Shown here one piece after another: positions 17,648 to 25,906 of a stretch of 64,000 bases of DNA (within the stretch, counting starts at the first letter, position 1; every line of letters starts with the position of its first letter). Made by a program: the position numbers and the translations under genes. The notes under the pieces were generated by a model. The model made no database searches. It was not told the origin of the DNA and worked only from the letters and a program-made list of their open reading frames with translations. The stretch covers positions 8,917 through 72,916 of the forward strand of contig JAKAWH010000001.1 of the NCBI GenBank assembly GCA_021817065.1. Reading direction: 5' to 3'. Origin of the DNA: Actinomycetes bacterium. Lineage in GTDB: Bacteria; Actinomycetota; Acidimicrobiia; Acidimicrobiales; JAKAVM01.

Positions 17648-18547
17648 TCAGACACGCACCATCACGACAATGGTCTTGGCGATCTTGTCGTGGAGCGCTT
17701 GATGCTTCTTGTTGAAGAGGGGCCAAAGAAAGTCGAGAATTATCGCGAGAACGGCCATGATGAAGATGACGCCCGGGATTGCGCCGCTTATCGCCGGATG
17801 TGTGGCGATTGTCAGGTAGGGAACTAGAACCAAACAGAAGATGACGGCCATGGTGAAGTATCGGAGCATTCCTTTTGCGAGCCCGGCTTTGCCCCCCGAT
17901 TCCGCGTCGCGCACGGCGATGCCGGTTGCTCGCATTCCAAGTGTCTGACCCCGCTTGGTGCACCAGAACAACCCGTAATACATCGCCGGCGGAAAGAACG
18001 GCGCGATGAAGTCCACGAGAATATCGAAAGCGGTAAGACCTCCGTAGGAGAAGTGACCGTTCTTGCTGAAGATATTGGCCGATGAACCGCTGTTCTCAAT
18101 GAGCGGTGAATGGTGATGGAGCAGGAAGAGCACAATGAACAGATCCACCGCGAGTTCCAGAGCAACCACGATCAGCCAATCGAGGACAAAGGCGGCGACG
18201 CGGAGCCACCAGCCCGACGGCTTCTGATCCGGGCCCCGGCTGTTGATTCGGGAGCGGATCGCCCTTCTGACGTCGGAAGGGGCCAAGGACACGAAAGTGA
18301 TCCCCGGTACGTCGACAACTTTGCCCTTACCGTTCTTCCTGAGTAACCGGCCATCGGGGGTCTGCCAGGCAGGCTTGCCGTCCGAGGCTTGTACCAGCCG
18401 TCCCTGAGGAGGAGCCACGTAGGGTGATGATACCAGCGCCGAGCGGGTTATGCAGGAGGCGCTTAGCCCTCGCATGCAATCCGGCGAGATGGCGTCGAGG
18501 ACTGCATAACCCCTGGTAGAGAAGGTAGTGTTGTCCCGTGGCGCCAC
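17648..18547 (-). CDS. RDD family membrane protein with a DUF2510-like N-terminal motif
   Basis: The RDD core is RVAAFVLDWLIVVALE...RGQTLGMRATGIAVRD...LHDKIAKTIVV. The N-terminal motif is ASDGKPAWQTPDGRLL. The start is uncertain: 18547 overlaps the divergent gene by 10 bp, and an alternative ATG lies at 18475. Confidence 0.75.
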   Translation of the reverse strand: MAPRDNTTFSTRGYAVLDAISPDCMRGLSASCITRSALVSSPYVAPPQGRLVQASDGKPAWQTPDGRLLRKNGKGKVVDVPGITFVSLAPSDVRRAIRSRINSRGPDQKPSGWWLRVAAFVLDWLIVVALELAVDLFIVLFLLHHHSPLIENSGSSANIFSKNGHFSYGGLTAFDILVDFIAPFFPPAMYYGLFWCTKRGQTLGMRATGIAVRDAESGGKAGLAKGMLRYFTMAVIFCLVLVPYLTIATHPAISGAIPGVIFIMAVLAIILDFLWPLFNKKHQALHDKIAKTIVVMVRV

Positions 18548-19851
18548 CGCTGGAGGGGAAATGGGTTACCGCACCGGATGGTCGCCGCGCATTCCGCACC
18601 TCCGACGGTCGCCTATGGCGGAAGGGACCGGATGGGCGACCTCGCCCGGTCTCGGCGGGGGTCGGTGGGCCCCCTCTCCGGGGAGATGGGGGGAAATCGC
18701 GTTCGAGCGCTCCTAACCTCACTAAGGGCAAGAAGGGTGCGAAGCGCAAGCCGATGCCCGCGGGGGTGAAGCTCTTCGTCGCTCTGGTGATTCTGGCAGT
18801 GCTGGTTCTTGGACCGACCGTCATCTTGAACCTCGTCTATTCGACCGGGCATGTGCGCAGCCTCCTGATCGGCAAGGAAGTACCGGGATTTCTACCTGCG
18901 CGCGCCACCGGCCCCACCGTTCCTTGTTCCACGTCCGTGAACGGCCAGTCCGATGGTTTGCCATACGTATGTTTTGCCTCGTCAACTTCGTCCGAGTTGT
19001 TCGCGTCCCCGGTGTTGCCGACGTCGGAACCAACCTACGGAGGCGGGCCTCTGCAGAAGAGCCCGATTGTCTACATGGTCGACTGGGGGGCCGATCCTCA
19101 GCTCTACGCGTCGATGGTCGAGTTTGCCCGTGCAGGGATCAATTCCCCGTGGTCGGAAGCTCTTGGTGCATACGGCATCGGTCCGGGGAAAGTGGGAGGA
19201 GAATTCAGGGATCCCGACAGTCCGAATCACCTGTTCAGCCAGACCGAAGATCCAAAAGCAGATTATTCGCAGGACATCCTCACGATCGCGTCCCGGGCAG
19301 GCTGGAGTCTTGGTCCGAATACCGAAGTGTGGATTGCCGTTACCTATCCGCTCTATTCGGTCGGATTGGCGGCTATTTGCGGGTTTCATGACGTTGTCAA
19401 CAGTCCCAACGGTGCCTTCGACGGGACCTTTGCCGTAGTAACCGACTCGGGGATCTGCCCGGAGGACAGTGCTGCCGTCGCCCACGAGTATGCGGAGTCG
19501 GTGACCGACCCGAACACGCAAGACGGGTATCGGGGCGGCGGCTCCATCCTCGATCCGGAAACCGAAATCGGTGACGTCTGTGTCCAAGCCGGCAACGCGG
19601 TATCGCCGGCCGGAGTGGTCCCGATGATATACGTGCCGAAGTTCGGGTGCACCTGGGGAACGTGGGCTCCTGCGGAAGTCCTCAAGGGAAGTCCTCCTCC
19701 CCCCAGCCTTCCGGCTGCGTGGAATACCTGCTCGGCGAGCGTCCGGTGCGATGGCTGGCTCTACTATCCGCCGTCGGAGCCGAGACCGGCTGGAAACCCG
19801 TTCTGGCGTGATCCCTCAGGGGGTAGCTGGGTCATGGTGGCGGGGAGCTGA
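18538..19851 (+). CDS. membrane-anchored extracytoplasmic protein of unknown function (HExxE motif)
   Basis: The N-terminus APDGRRAFRTSDGRLW is followed by a basic stretch, a TM helix (LFVALVILAVLVLGPTVILNLV) and a Cys-containing domain of about 330 aa with AVAHEYAESVTDPN...EIGDVC. No family was recognised with certainty. Confidence 0.6.
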   Translation: MAPPLEGKWVTAPDGRRAFRTSDGRLWRKGPDGRPRPVSAGVGGPPLRGDGGKSRSSAPNLTKGKKGAKRKPMPAGVKLFVALVILAVLVLGPTVILNLVYSTGHVRSLLIGKEVPGFLPARATGPTVPCSTSVNGQSDGLPYVCFASSTSSELFASPVLPTSEPTYGGGPLQKSPIVYMVDWGADPQLYASMVEFARAGINSPWSEALGAYGIGPGKVGGEFRDPDSPNHLFSQTEDPKADYSQDILTIASRAGWSLGPNTEVWIAVTYPLYSVGLAAICGFHDVVNSPNGAFDGTFAVVTDSGICPEDSAAVAHEYAESVTDPNTQDGYRGGGSILDPETEIGDVCVQAGNAVSPAGVVPMIYVPKFGCTWGTWAPAEVLKGSPPPPSLPAAWNTCSASVRCDGWLYYPPSEPRPAGNPFWRDPSGGSWVMVAGS

Positions 19852-19852
19852 G

Positions 19853-20791
19853 CTACACCTGAATCGCCCTGTCCTTGTAGCGGCGAACCTCACTCACCTC
19901 CATCTCCATCGCTCGACGGTCGGCGTCGGTGAGGTCGTCGCCGGTAAGCGACCTCGGCCACAGGTGGCGTATCCGTACCACGTTGATCTCGGCCGCGTAG
20001 AGAGTGAGCTGGGCGCCCAGGTGGATCCAGGCGAGCAGCCCGATCACCACCGCAAGAGTCCCGTATAGGTGCGAGGCGTGGGCGATCTGGTGGCGAACGA
20101 AATAGTTGCCCGCTATCTGGAGCGCGGTCCAGGAGAGCGCCCCGAGGATCGCGCCGGGGAGTACGTCCCGCCAGGTGAGGTGAATCGAGGTCAGTACCCG
20201 AAAGGCGACCGCGTACAGCCCCGCATTGACCAGGACCGGTCCCGCCAAGCCAGCCACCCAGAACAGGGGTGCCAGAGGCCCGTGTATGCCCCGAAGCACC
20301 GACAGGGCGGTGGAAACCAGCAGGGCGGACCCGAGGGTGGCCAGCAACCCGAGCGCCCGGACACGGGAGGCGGCGAAACTGCCGCGCTCGAAGAAGGGCA
20401 CGTCCCATACTGAGTTCATCGCATTACCGGCTGTCCGGGCCACCCCCAAGCCGGCCCACAGCGCGCCGGCCAAACCGAGGGTGAGGGCCACCCCGCTCCC
20501 GTGGATGGATCCGGTCTTCAGGTAGTCCGAGAGGGAGGGAAACTCCTTCTTCGCCGAGGAGATTATCCGTTCCTGGAGTCCCAGGTCCCCGTGGAGGACG
20601 AATCCCAGGATGGTGACAAGGACGAGGAGGAGGGGGAAGAGCGACAGGAACCCGTAATAGGCGATCAGCGCCGCGCCCGCACCGGCGCGGTCCTGCCCGA
20701 ACTTCTTGGCTACACCGAACGGGAAGCCAAGGAACGGGTGGGATCGCTGGTAGCGATCCAGCCGTGCAAGGAGGGAACGGATACCTTTCAC
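19853..20791 (-). CDS. YihY/BrkB (virulence factor BrkB / former RNase BN) family membrane protein
   Basis: GQDRAGAGAALIAYYGFLSLFPLLLVLVTILGFV with multiple TM helices is the typical YihY signature. Confidence 0.8.
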   Translation of the reverse strand: MKGIRSLLARLDRYQRSHPFLGFPFGVAKKFGQDRAGAGAALIAYYGFLSLFPLLLVLVTILGFVLHGDLGLQERIISSAKKEFPSLSDYLKTGSIHGSGVALTLGLAGALWAGLGVARTAGNAMNSVWDVPFFERGSFAASRVRALGLLATLGSALLVSTALSVLRGIHGPLAPLFWVAGLAGPVLVNAGLYAVAFRVLTSIHLTWRDVLPGAILGALSWTALQIAGNYFVRHQIAHASHLYGTLAVVIGLLAWIHLGAQLTLYAAEINVVRIRHLWPRSLTGDDLTDADRRAMEMEVSEVRRYKDRAIQV

Positions 20792-20813
20792 GGGCGCTGG
20801 GTCAGGATATTGG

Positions 20814-22019
20814 TCAGTTCCTCTGCAGTGCCGCAGTCGGGCTGAACTCTACAGGCATCGACTCGAATCCCGAGACGAAATTCGCCCAGCGGCGAGGAGG
20901 TTCTCCCTCGCCTGCAGGGGACATATCGGGAAGTCGGGCGAGAAGACGCTCGAACATCACCCGAATCTCCAGCCGTGCGAGTTGGTTCCCGAGGCAGAAG
21001 TGAGCGCCGAATCCGAAGGCGATGTGGTCATTGGGTCGCCTCGCGATGTCGAAGATGTCGGGTTGGTCGAAGACCCGCTCGTCACGGTTCGCGGAGGGAT
21101 AGAGAAGGAGGAGCTTGTCTCCTTCCGGGATGGTCTCGCCGTGAACCTGCACGTCCCGGCTCACTTGGCGGGCCATGTTCTTGATCGGTGTCACCCAGCG
21201 AAGGCACTCTTCCACCGCGCCGTTCAACAGTCCCGGGTCGGCGGCGAGCTTCGCCATCTGGTCGGGATGGGTCATCAGCTCGTAGAAGCCGCCGGAGATC
21301 ACGTGCCGGGTGGTTTCGTCGCCGCCGATCAGGATAAGGAGGCTCTCGTGGATGAGTGAAGACTCGTCGAGAGTGTCGCCGTCGATCTCGGCGTGTACCA
21401 GCGTGCCGGTGAGGTCACTCGCTGTGCCGGTGGCCCGTCGCTCCTCGATGACCCGGGTGATGTAGCCGGTGTAGTCGATGAATGCCTGGGCCGCGCCGAC
21501 CATCGCGTCGGGCTCGGGGGAACCCAGCGCGCGCAACATCTGGTCGGACCAGGTCAGAAGGTCGCCCCTGTCCTCCGGCGCCACTCCGAGCATGTCGCCG
21601 ATCACGATCATCGGGAGAGGTGCAGCGATGTCGCGCACGAAGTCGCACGACCCCTCCTCGCACACGGCGTCGAGAATGGTGTCACAGATGGATCGGACGT
21701 GAGCCTCCTGGGTCCGGATGTGCTTGGGAGTGAAGCCGGAACTCACCAGTTTGCGACGGCGTGCGTGCTCGGGATCGTCCATGTCGATCATCATCGGTAG
21801 CGCTCCGGTATCGGGCCTGATCCCGCCGGCATTGGAAAAGGTCAACGGGTCCCGTGACATCGCCTTGACGTCGTCGTAGCGGGTGATACCCCACACGCCG
21901 CTCGACTCGTCGAAATAGGCGGGCGCATTGTCGCGCATCCATCGGAAGGCGGGAAAAGGGTCTCTGCCGTAGAAGGTACCGTCTGCGAGGCCGATCTCCA
22001 TGTCGACAGGTGGCTTCAT
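20814..22019 (-). CDS. cytochrome P450 (CYP142/CYP125-clan-like)
   Basis: Heme loop FGFGAHFCLGNQLARLE, I-helix LLILIGGDETTRH and K-helix EECLRW. The N-terminal half (FSNAGGIRPD...LPMMIDMDDPEH.RRRKLV..GFTPK) closely matches my recollection of mycobacterial CYP142. This needs alignment. Confidence 0.9.
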   Translation of the reverse strand: MKPPVDMEIGLADGTFYGRDPFPAFRWMRDNAPAYFDESSGVWGITRYDDVKAMSRDPLTFSNAGGIRPDTGALPMMIDMDDPEHARRRKLVSSGFTPKHIRTQEAHVRSICDTILDAVCEEGSCDFVRDIAAPLPMIVIGDMLGVAPEDRGDLLTWSDQMLRALGSPEPDAMVGAAQAFIDYTGYITRVIEERRATGTASDLTGTLVHAEIDGDTLDESSLIHESLLILIGGDETTRHVISGGFYELMTHPDQMAKLAADPGLLNGAVEECLRWVTPIKNMARQVSRDVQVHGETIPEGDKLLLLYPSANRDERVFDQPDIFDIARRPNDHIAFGFGAHFCLGNQLARLEIRVMFERLLARLPDMSPAGEGEPPRRWANFVSGFESMPVEFSPTAALQRN

Positions 22020-22137
22020 CGCCTCACGCTATCCCGGCGGGCGAGCCCCCGGGCTGAGGGCAATACCGGCCTGGCCCGCTGAGGGCGGCGTTGCGATGGT
22101 GGGAGCAGAACTCGCAGGCGATGGGCTGCCCGCGGGG

Positions 22138-22269
22138 TCAGCCCGCGGTCTTGCGTTCCTGCTGGTGGGCAGCCTGCTTCTCCTGCTTTGCGACCCGTTT
22201 CTCTTTCAGGCTGCGACCAGGCTTCTTCTTCTCCCCCACCGGCTTCGATCGGTTTCCTTTGCCTGCCAT
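22138..22269 (-). CDS. possible small basic protein (43 aa)
   Basis: MAGKGNRSKPVGEKKKPGRSLKEKRVAKQEKQAAHQQERKTAG, Lys-rich, lies just upstream of the P450. Support is ORF and composition only. Confidence 0.25.
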   Translation of the reverse strand: MAGKGNRSKPVGEKKKPGRSLKEKRVAKQEKQAAHQQERKTAG

Positions 22270-22284
22270 GCAATGATTGTAGGC

Positions 22285-22506
22285 ATGCCCATCTACGAGT
22301 ACCGGTGCAATACCTGCCAGGCGTCCTTCGAGGCACGCCGCACCATGTCGGAAGCGTCGGCCGGGGTGAACTGTCCCCGGGGGCACGATGACGTGGTCAA
22401 GCTCTTTTCTCTCTTCGCCGCCACCGGCAGAGCAGAGACATCGCCGATGTCCAACTGTGGCTCTCCGGTTCCGGGGAGTTGCGGCGGCGCCTGCGCCTGC
22501 CACTGA
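22285..22506 (+). CDS. FmdB-family zinc-ribbon protein
   Basis: MPIYEYRCNTCQASFE...VNCPRGHDDV is the classic CxxC...CP pattern of FmdB/CxxC_CxxC_SSSS proteins, with a Cys/Gly-rich tail. Confidence 0.8.
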   Translation: MPIYEYRCNTCQASFEARRTMSEASAGVNCPRGHDDVVKLFSLFAATGRAETSPMSNCGSPVPGSCGGACACH

Positions 22507-22521
22507 CGGCTTTCCAACCAT

Positions 22522-22546
22522 CACCCTCAACCAGAAGTTGAGGGTG
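22522..22546. terminator. perfect 10-bp stem hairpin between convergent genes
   Basis: CACCCTCAAC-cagaa-GTTGAGGGTG lies 16 nt after the zinc-ribbon stop. There is no clear U-tract. Confidence 0.4.
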
Positions 22547-22650
22547 GAATCGTCCCAGGTCAGCGCTATGGGGATTCTCTGTTTGGCGCCGAGCGCGACC
22601 CGAGGCGGTTATTAGTGCTCGGGTCATGGGTGAGGCTCGAGCCAACGCCC

Positions 22651-24390
22651 CTATGGACAGGCCGGCTGACCCCGAGGGATGTTCGGTTTGGCATAGAGGT
22701 ATTGCTTCGCGCCGTTGCAGGCGAGGAAGACGCCGCGCCCGTTATTGATGGGCGTGACCGGGGTGCCTGGGATATCAGCGCTGTTCAGCGGGCTCACCCG
22801 GTCGGAATACCAGCGCAGTACCTGGAAGCTCGCCGCAGGGCTAGTCGACCCCGCTGTGAATTTCCATGCTCCGAACATTCCCGAGGTCGGCCCACCCGGG
22901 AGGGAGGCCAAGCCCCGGGCGAAGTTGGTAGGGGTCAACCAGGGGCCCGCCGCCTGAAGTCCGGAATAGATCATCAGGACTGTGGAGTAGGCGAGCCCCA
23001 TGGAGAAGGGGGGCAACGGATTGTCGCACGAGGTGGCAGGAGGGAGCCTGCAGCCCATCTCGAACACTTTGTAAGCCTCTTCGGTTGCGTAGGAGCGATC
23101 GGCGATCCCGATCGAGAATGCGTGTTCCATCTCGTCCTGCGGGGGGAGGGTCCCCCAGGCATCGGCATCCCTCCCCGCATTGGAGAAGAACGGAAGGAGA
23201 ACCCACTCGGGGAAGTAACCTGCCTGCTTTGCGGCGTTCATGAAGAATGCGGGGAAGAGCAGATCGGAATTGAGGAACACCGTGGTTATACCCGCCGATT
23301 TGAGTCTTTCCACGATAGAGGCGGTCTGGCTCATATACGAAGCCATGTCGAACGAATAGACGAAGGGCATGAAACGTCCCGCGCCGTACTTACCGAAATC
23401 GCGGGCGAACTCCTGCTCGCAGACGCTGTCGTTGGGGTCTCCCGGATAGACCACCGCGATCCTCCGTGTTTCGCTCGACGTGGCCGGGCCGGCAAGAGAC
23501 GCCGGGAGTCCGCTGAGCGATAAGGCAAAGGCGGCCGCTGCCGCTGACTGCTTGGCGCAGTTCGGCCCGGTCGAGTAGATGTAGGGCGAATGGGCGGTCA
23601 TCCACGGTTCCGACGGAGGCCATACAGTGACCTAGACGATGCCATTCGACGCGAGATCGTTTGCATATATCTGGGTTGCGTCGTACACCGAGTCGTCGAT
23701 GAACGTGCCCATCGATTTCTCCGTAGCGGCGTCGGCGACGGCGCCCTCCTGGCCTCCCCCCATCAGCTCGGACATGAAGTTTCCCTGGCCATCGAAGGGC
23801 TTGCCCACCACGTGGCGGCCGTAGAGCTCGAACGAACGGTTGAATACCTTGGTGAGGGCGGAGAGCACCGAGAGCGCCTCATCGTTGGTGCCAAGCATGG
23901 TCTTGGGGAAAAGTGCGTAGATCTCGGTCATGAGAGTCGACGCGGCGAGCCGGTACGCGAGGGAGATGGTCGTGCGGGTGACGCCGGGTGAGGAAGCTCC
24001 CCCGTTATCGCCGTGATAAGCAGGCACGCACTCCGGGGCGTACTGACTCCAGGAAACCTGGCGCACTCCCGGTTTGCAGGCGACTCCTCCAACGGTGGTG
24101 CCGGCGGAACCCGCTGCGGCCGGCGGCGTTACTCCGGCAGGGATGAAGACGCCCGCCTTCGAAAGGTGACCGAGCCGCCCTGGATTCCATAGAGGCTCGG
24201 TTAATTGGATTCCAACCGGGATTCGGTCGGCCTCATGGGCAGCATAGAACGCATCCTCGAAATCCGCTGGAGGGATTTCGCAGTTCACACGCGTCGGAAC
24301 CACGGTCCGTCCTCTGCCGGTTGGATCCCTCCATCTGTCCCTACACCTCCTCAAAACCGGTCCCTCCGAAGTTGTAGGGACACATGGCAT
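22651..24390 (-). pseudogene. type I periplasmic-binding-protein (LivK-like ABC substrate-binding) gene interrupted by one in-frame TAG
   Basis: The ORFs 23632-24390 and 22651-23601 share one frame. The junction reads ...ASNGIV-TAG-VTVWPPSEPWMTAHSPYIYSTGPN. PBP1-like motifs include PGVTRTTISLAYRLA and RRIAVVYPGDPN. No clear signal peptide is present upstream. Confidence 0.6.
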
Positions 24391-24440
24391 TGGAGCTCAG
24401 TGTCTGATAGAAAACCCATCTACCTGTACTTATCGCCCAG

Positions 24441-24515
24441 TCGGGCTGCCGGGATTTGAACCCGGGACCTCCTGCTCCCAAAGCAGGCGCGCTAACCAAG
24501 CTGCGCTACAGCCCG
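24441..24515 (-). tRNA. tRNA-Pro (anticodon TGG)
   Basis: Manual fold: acceptor CGGGCTG/CAGCCCG, D arm GCGC/GCGC, anticodon arm CCTGC-TTTGGGA-GCAGG, T arm CCGGG-TTCAAAT-CCCGG, discriminator A. CCA is not encoded. Confidence 0.9.
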
Positions 24516-24617
24516 TGACTGCACTCCGCCCGCCCGCTGGCACCGGTGGGCACGATCCATCATAAGAGCCGGTGGTACCGCCCGGTATTCCGGGCGGCGA
24601 CCTCCTTTTCCCGGGGT

Positions 24618-25883
24618 CTATGCCTTCCCCATCTCGGTGCCGGGTTCGGCCTCGTCGACGACCGCCGGAGCGGTGAGTCCCTGGTGGTAGCGACGGTGGC
24701 GGATCAGGGTGACCGCCGAGGCGAGAACGGTGGCCCCTGCCCCGACCACGAGGGCGACCCGAGGGCTGGCGTCCTGGGATATCCACCCGATTAGGGGACT
24801 ACCGATCGGGGTGCTACCCAGGAATCCGATCGCGTAGAGCGACATGACACGTCCACGCATGGACTGCTGGGTGCGGAGTTGGAGGGTGGTGTTGGCGGTC
24901 GAGATGAACCAGATCGACGCCGCTCCCATCGGCACGATTGCCACCAGCGCGACCGCGAGCACGGGGGAGAGTGCCACCGCCAGGATGAGGACACCGAAGA
25001 CAATGCCGATCACCGCGAGGCGTTGAATGGTGGGCCGGTTCCTCGACGCGGCGATGAGCCCACCCGCCACCGCGCCGCCTCCCATGAGCGAGGTCAGGGC
25101 CGAGTAGGTTCCCGCGCCCCGGTGGAAGGTGAACTTGGCCAGTAGCGCCAGGACAACCTGGAAGTTGTAGGCGAAGGTTCCCACTATCGCAACCAGAAGA
25201 AGGGTGTCCCGGATCGCCGGGGTACCCCATGCGTATCGCAGCCCCGCGCGCAATTGCCCCTTGGCGCGGGGCACCAGATCGGACGGGTGTAGCTCGCTCG
25301 TGCGCATGAGCCAGAGTGCCCCGATCACCGCCAGGTACGAAGCAGCATTCGCTTCGAAGCACACCGCCAGTCCGACGAAGGCGATCAATGCCCCGGCAAT
25401 AGCGGGCCCGATGACCCGGGCCGAGTTCATCACCACACTATTCAGAGTGATCGCATTGGGGAGATCGTCACGCCCCACCAATTCGAGGACAAAAGTCTGC
25501 CGGCTGGGATTGTCGATCATGTTGACCGTACCCAACATGATCGCTAAAAGATAGACATGCCACAGTCGCACCGCGTGGAGGGTGGTGAGCAGGCCCAAGG
25601 TCAGCGCAAGGATTCCTGCCGCAGTCTGGGTCGCATAGAGGAGCCGGCGCTTGTCGGCGCGGTCGGCTACCAGGCCGCCCCACGTCCCGAAGGCCAACAT
25701 GGGGAGGAATTGCAGGGCGGTGACCAGACCGAGATCGACGCCCGCTTGGTTCCGGGGAGCTAGCCGAAGCACCAGCCACGCCTGGGCTACCGACTGCATC
25801 CACGTCCCGCTGACCGAGACGATCTGTGCTACGAAGTAGAGCCGGTAATTGCGGGTGCGGAGGGACCGGAAGGTGGTGGACAC
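24618..25883 (-). CDS. MFS transporter (EntS/MFS_3-like, 12 TM)
   Basis: The N-terminus FRSLRTRNYRLYFVAQIVSVSGTWMQSVAQAWLVL is typical of this MFS subgroup. The protein is hydrophobic throughout. Confidence 0.8.
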   Translation of the reverse strand: MSTTFRSLRTRNYRLYFVAQIVSVSGTWMQSVAQAWLVLRLAPRNQAGVDLGLVTALQFLPMLAFGTWGGLVADRADKRRLLYATQTAAGILALTLGLLTTLHAVRLWHVYLLAIMLGTVNMIDNPSRQTFVLELVGRDDLPNAITLNSVVMNSARVIGPAIAGALIAFVGLAVCFEANAASYLAVIGALWLMRTSELHPSDLVPRAKGQLRAGLRYAWGTPAIRDTLLLVAIVGTFAYNFQVVLALLAKFTFHRGAGTYSALTSLMGGGAVAGGLIAASRNRPTIQRLAVIGIVFGVLILAVALSPVLAVALVAIVPMGAASIWFISTANTTLQLRTQQSMRGRVMSLYAIGFLGSTPIGSPLIGWISQDASPRVALVVGAGATVLASAVTLIRHRRYHQGLTAPAVVDEAEPGTEMGKA

Positions 25884-25906
25884 ACCCCTTTGTTACCGTC
25901 CCATGT

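Noticed and set aside
23632-23634. The in-frame TAG as a pyrrolysine or other recoding site.
   Set aside because: There are no pyl genes or a PYLIS-like context in the window, and the genome type is not known for this. A nonsense mutation or sequencing error is far more likely.
25826-25906. The ORF-track start of the AddB-like gene at 25826.
   Set aside because: It would overlap the divergent MFS gene start by 58 bp, and it encodes a Cys/Gly/Trp-rich peptide with no homology signal. GTG at 25907 or 25913 is preferred.
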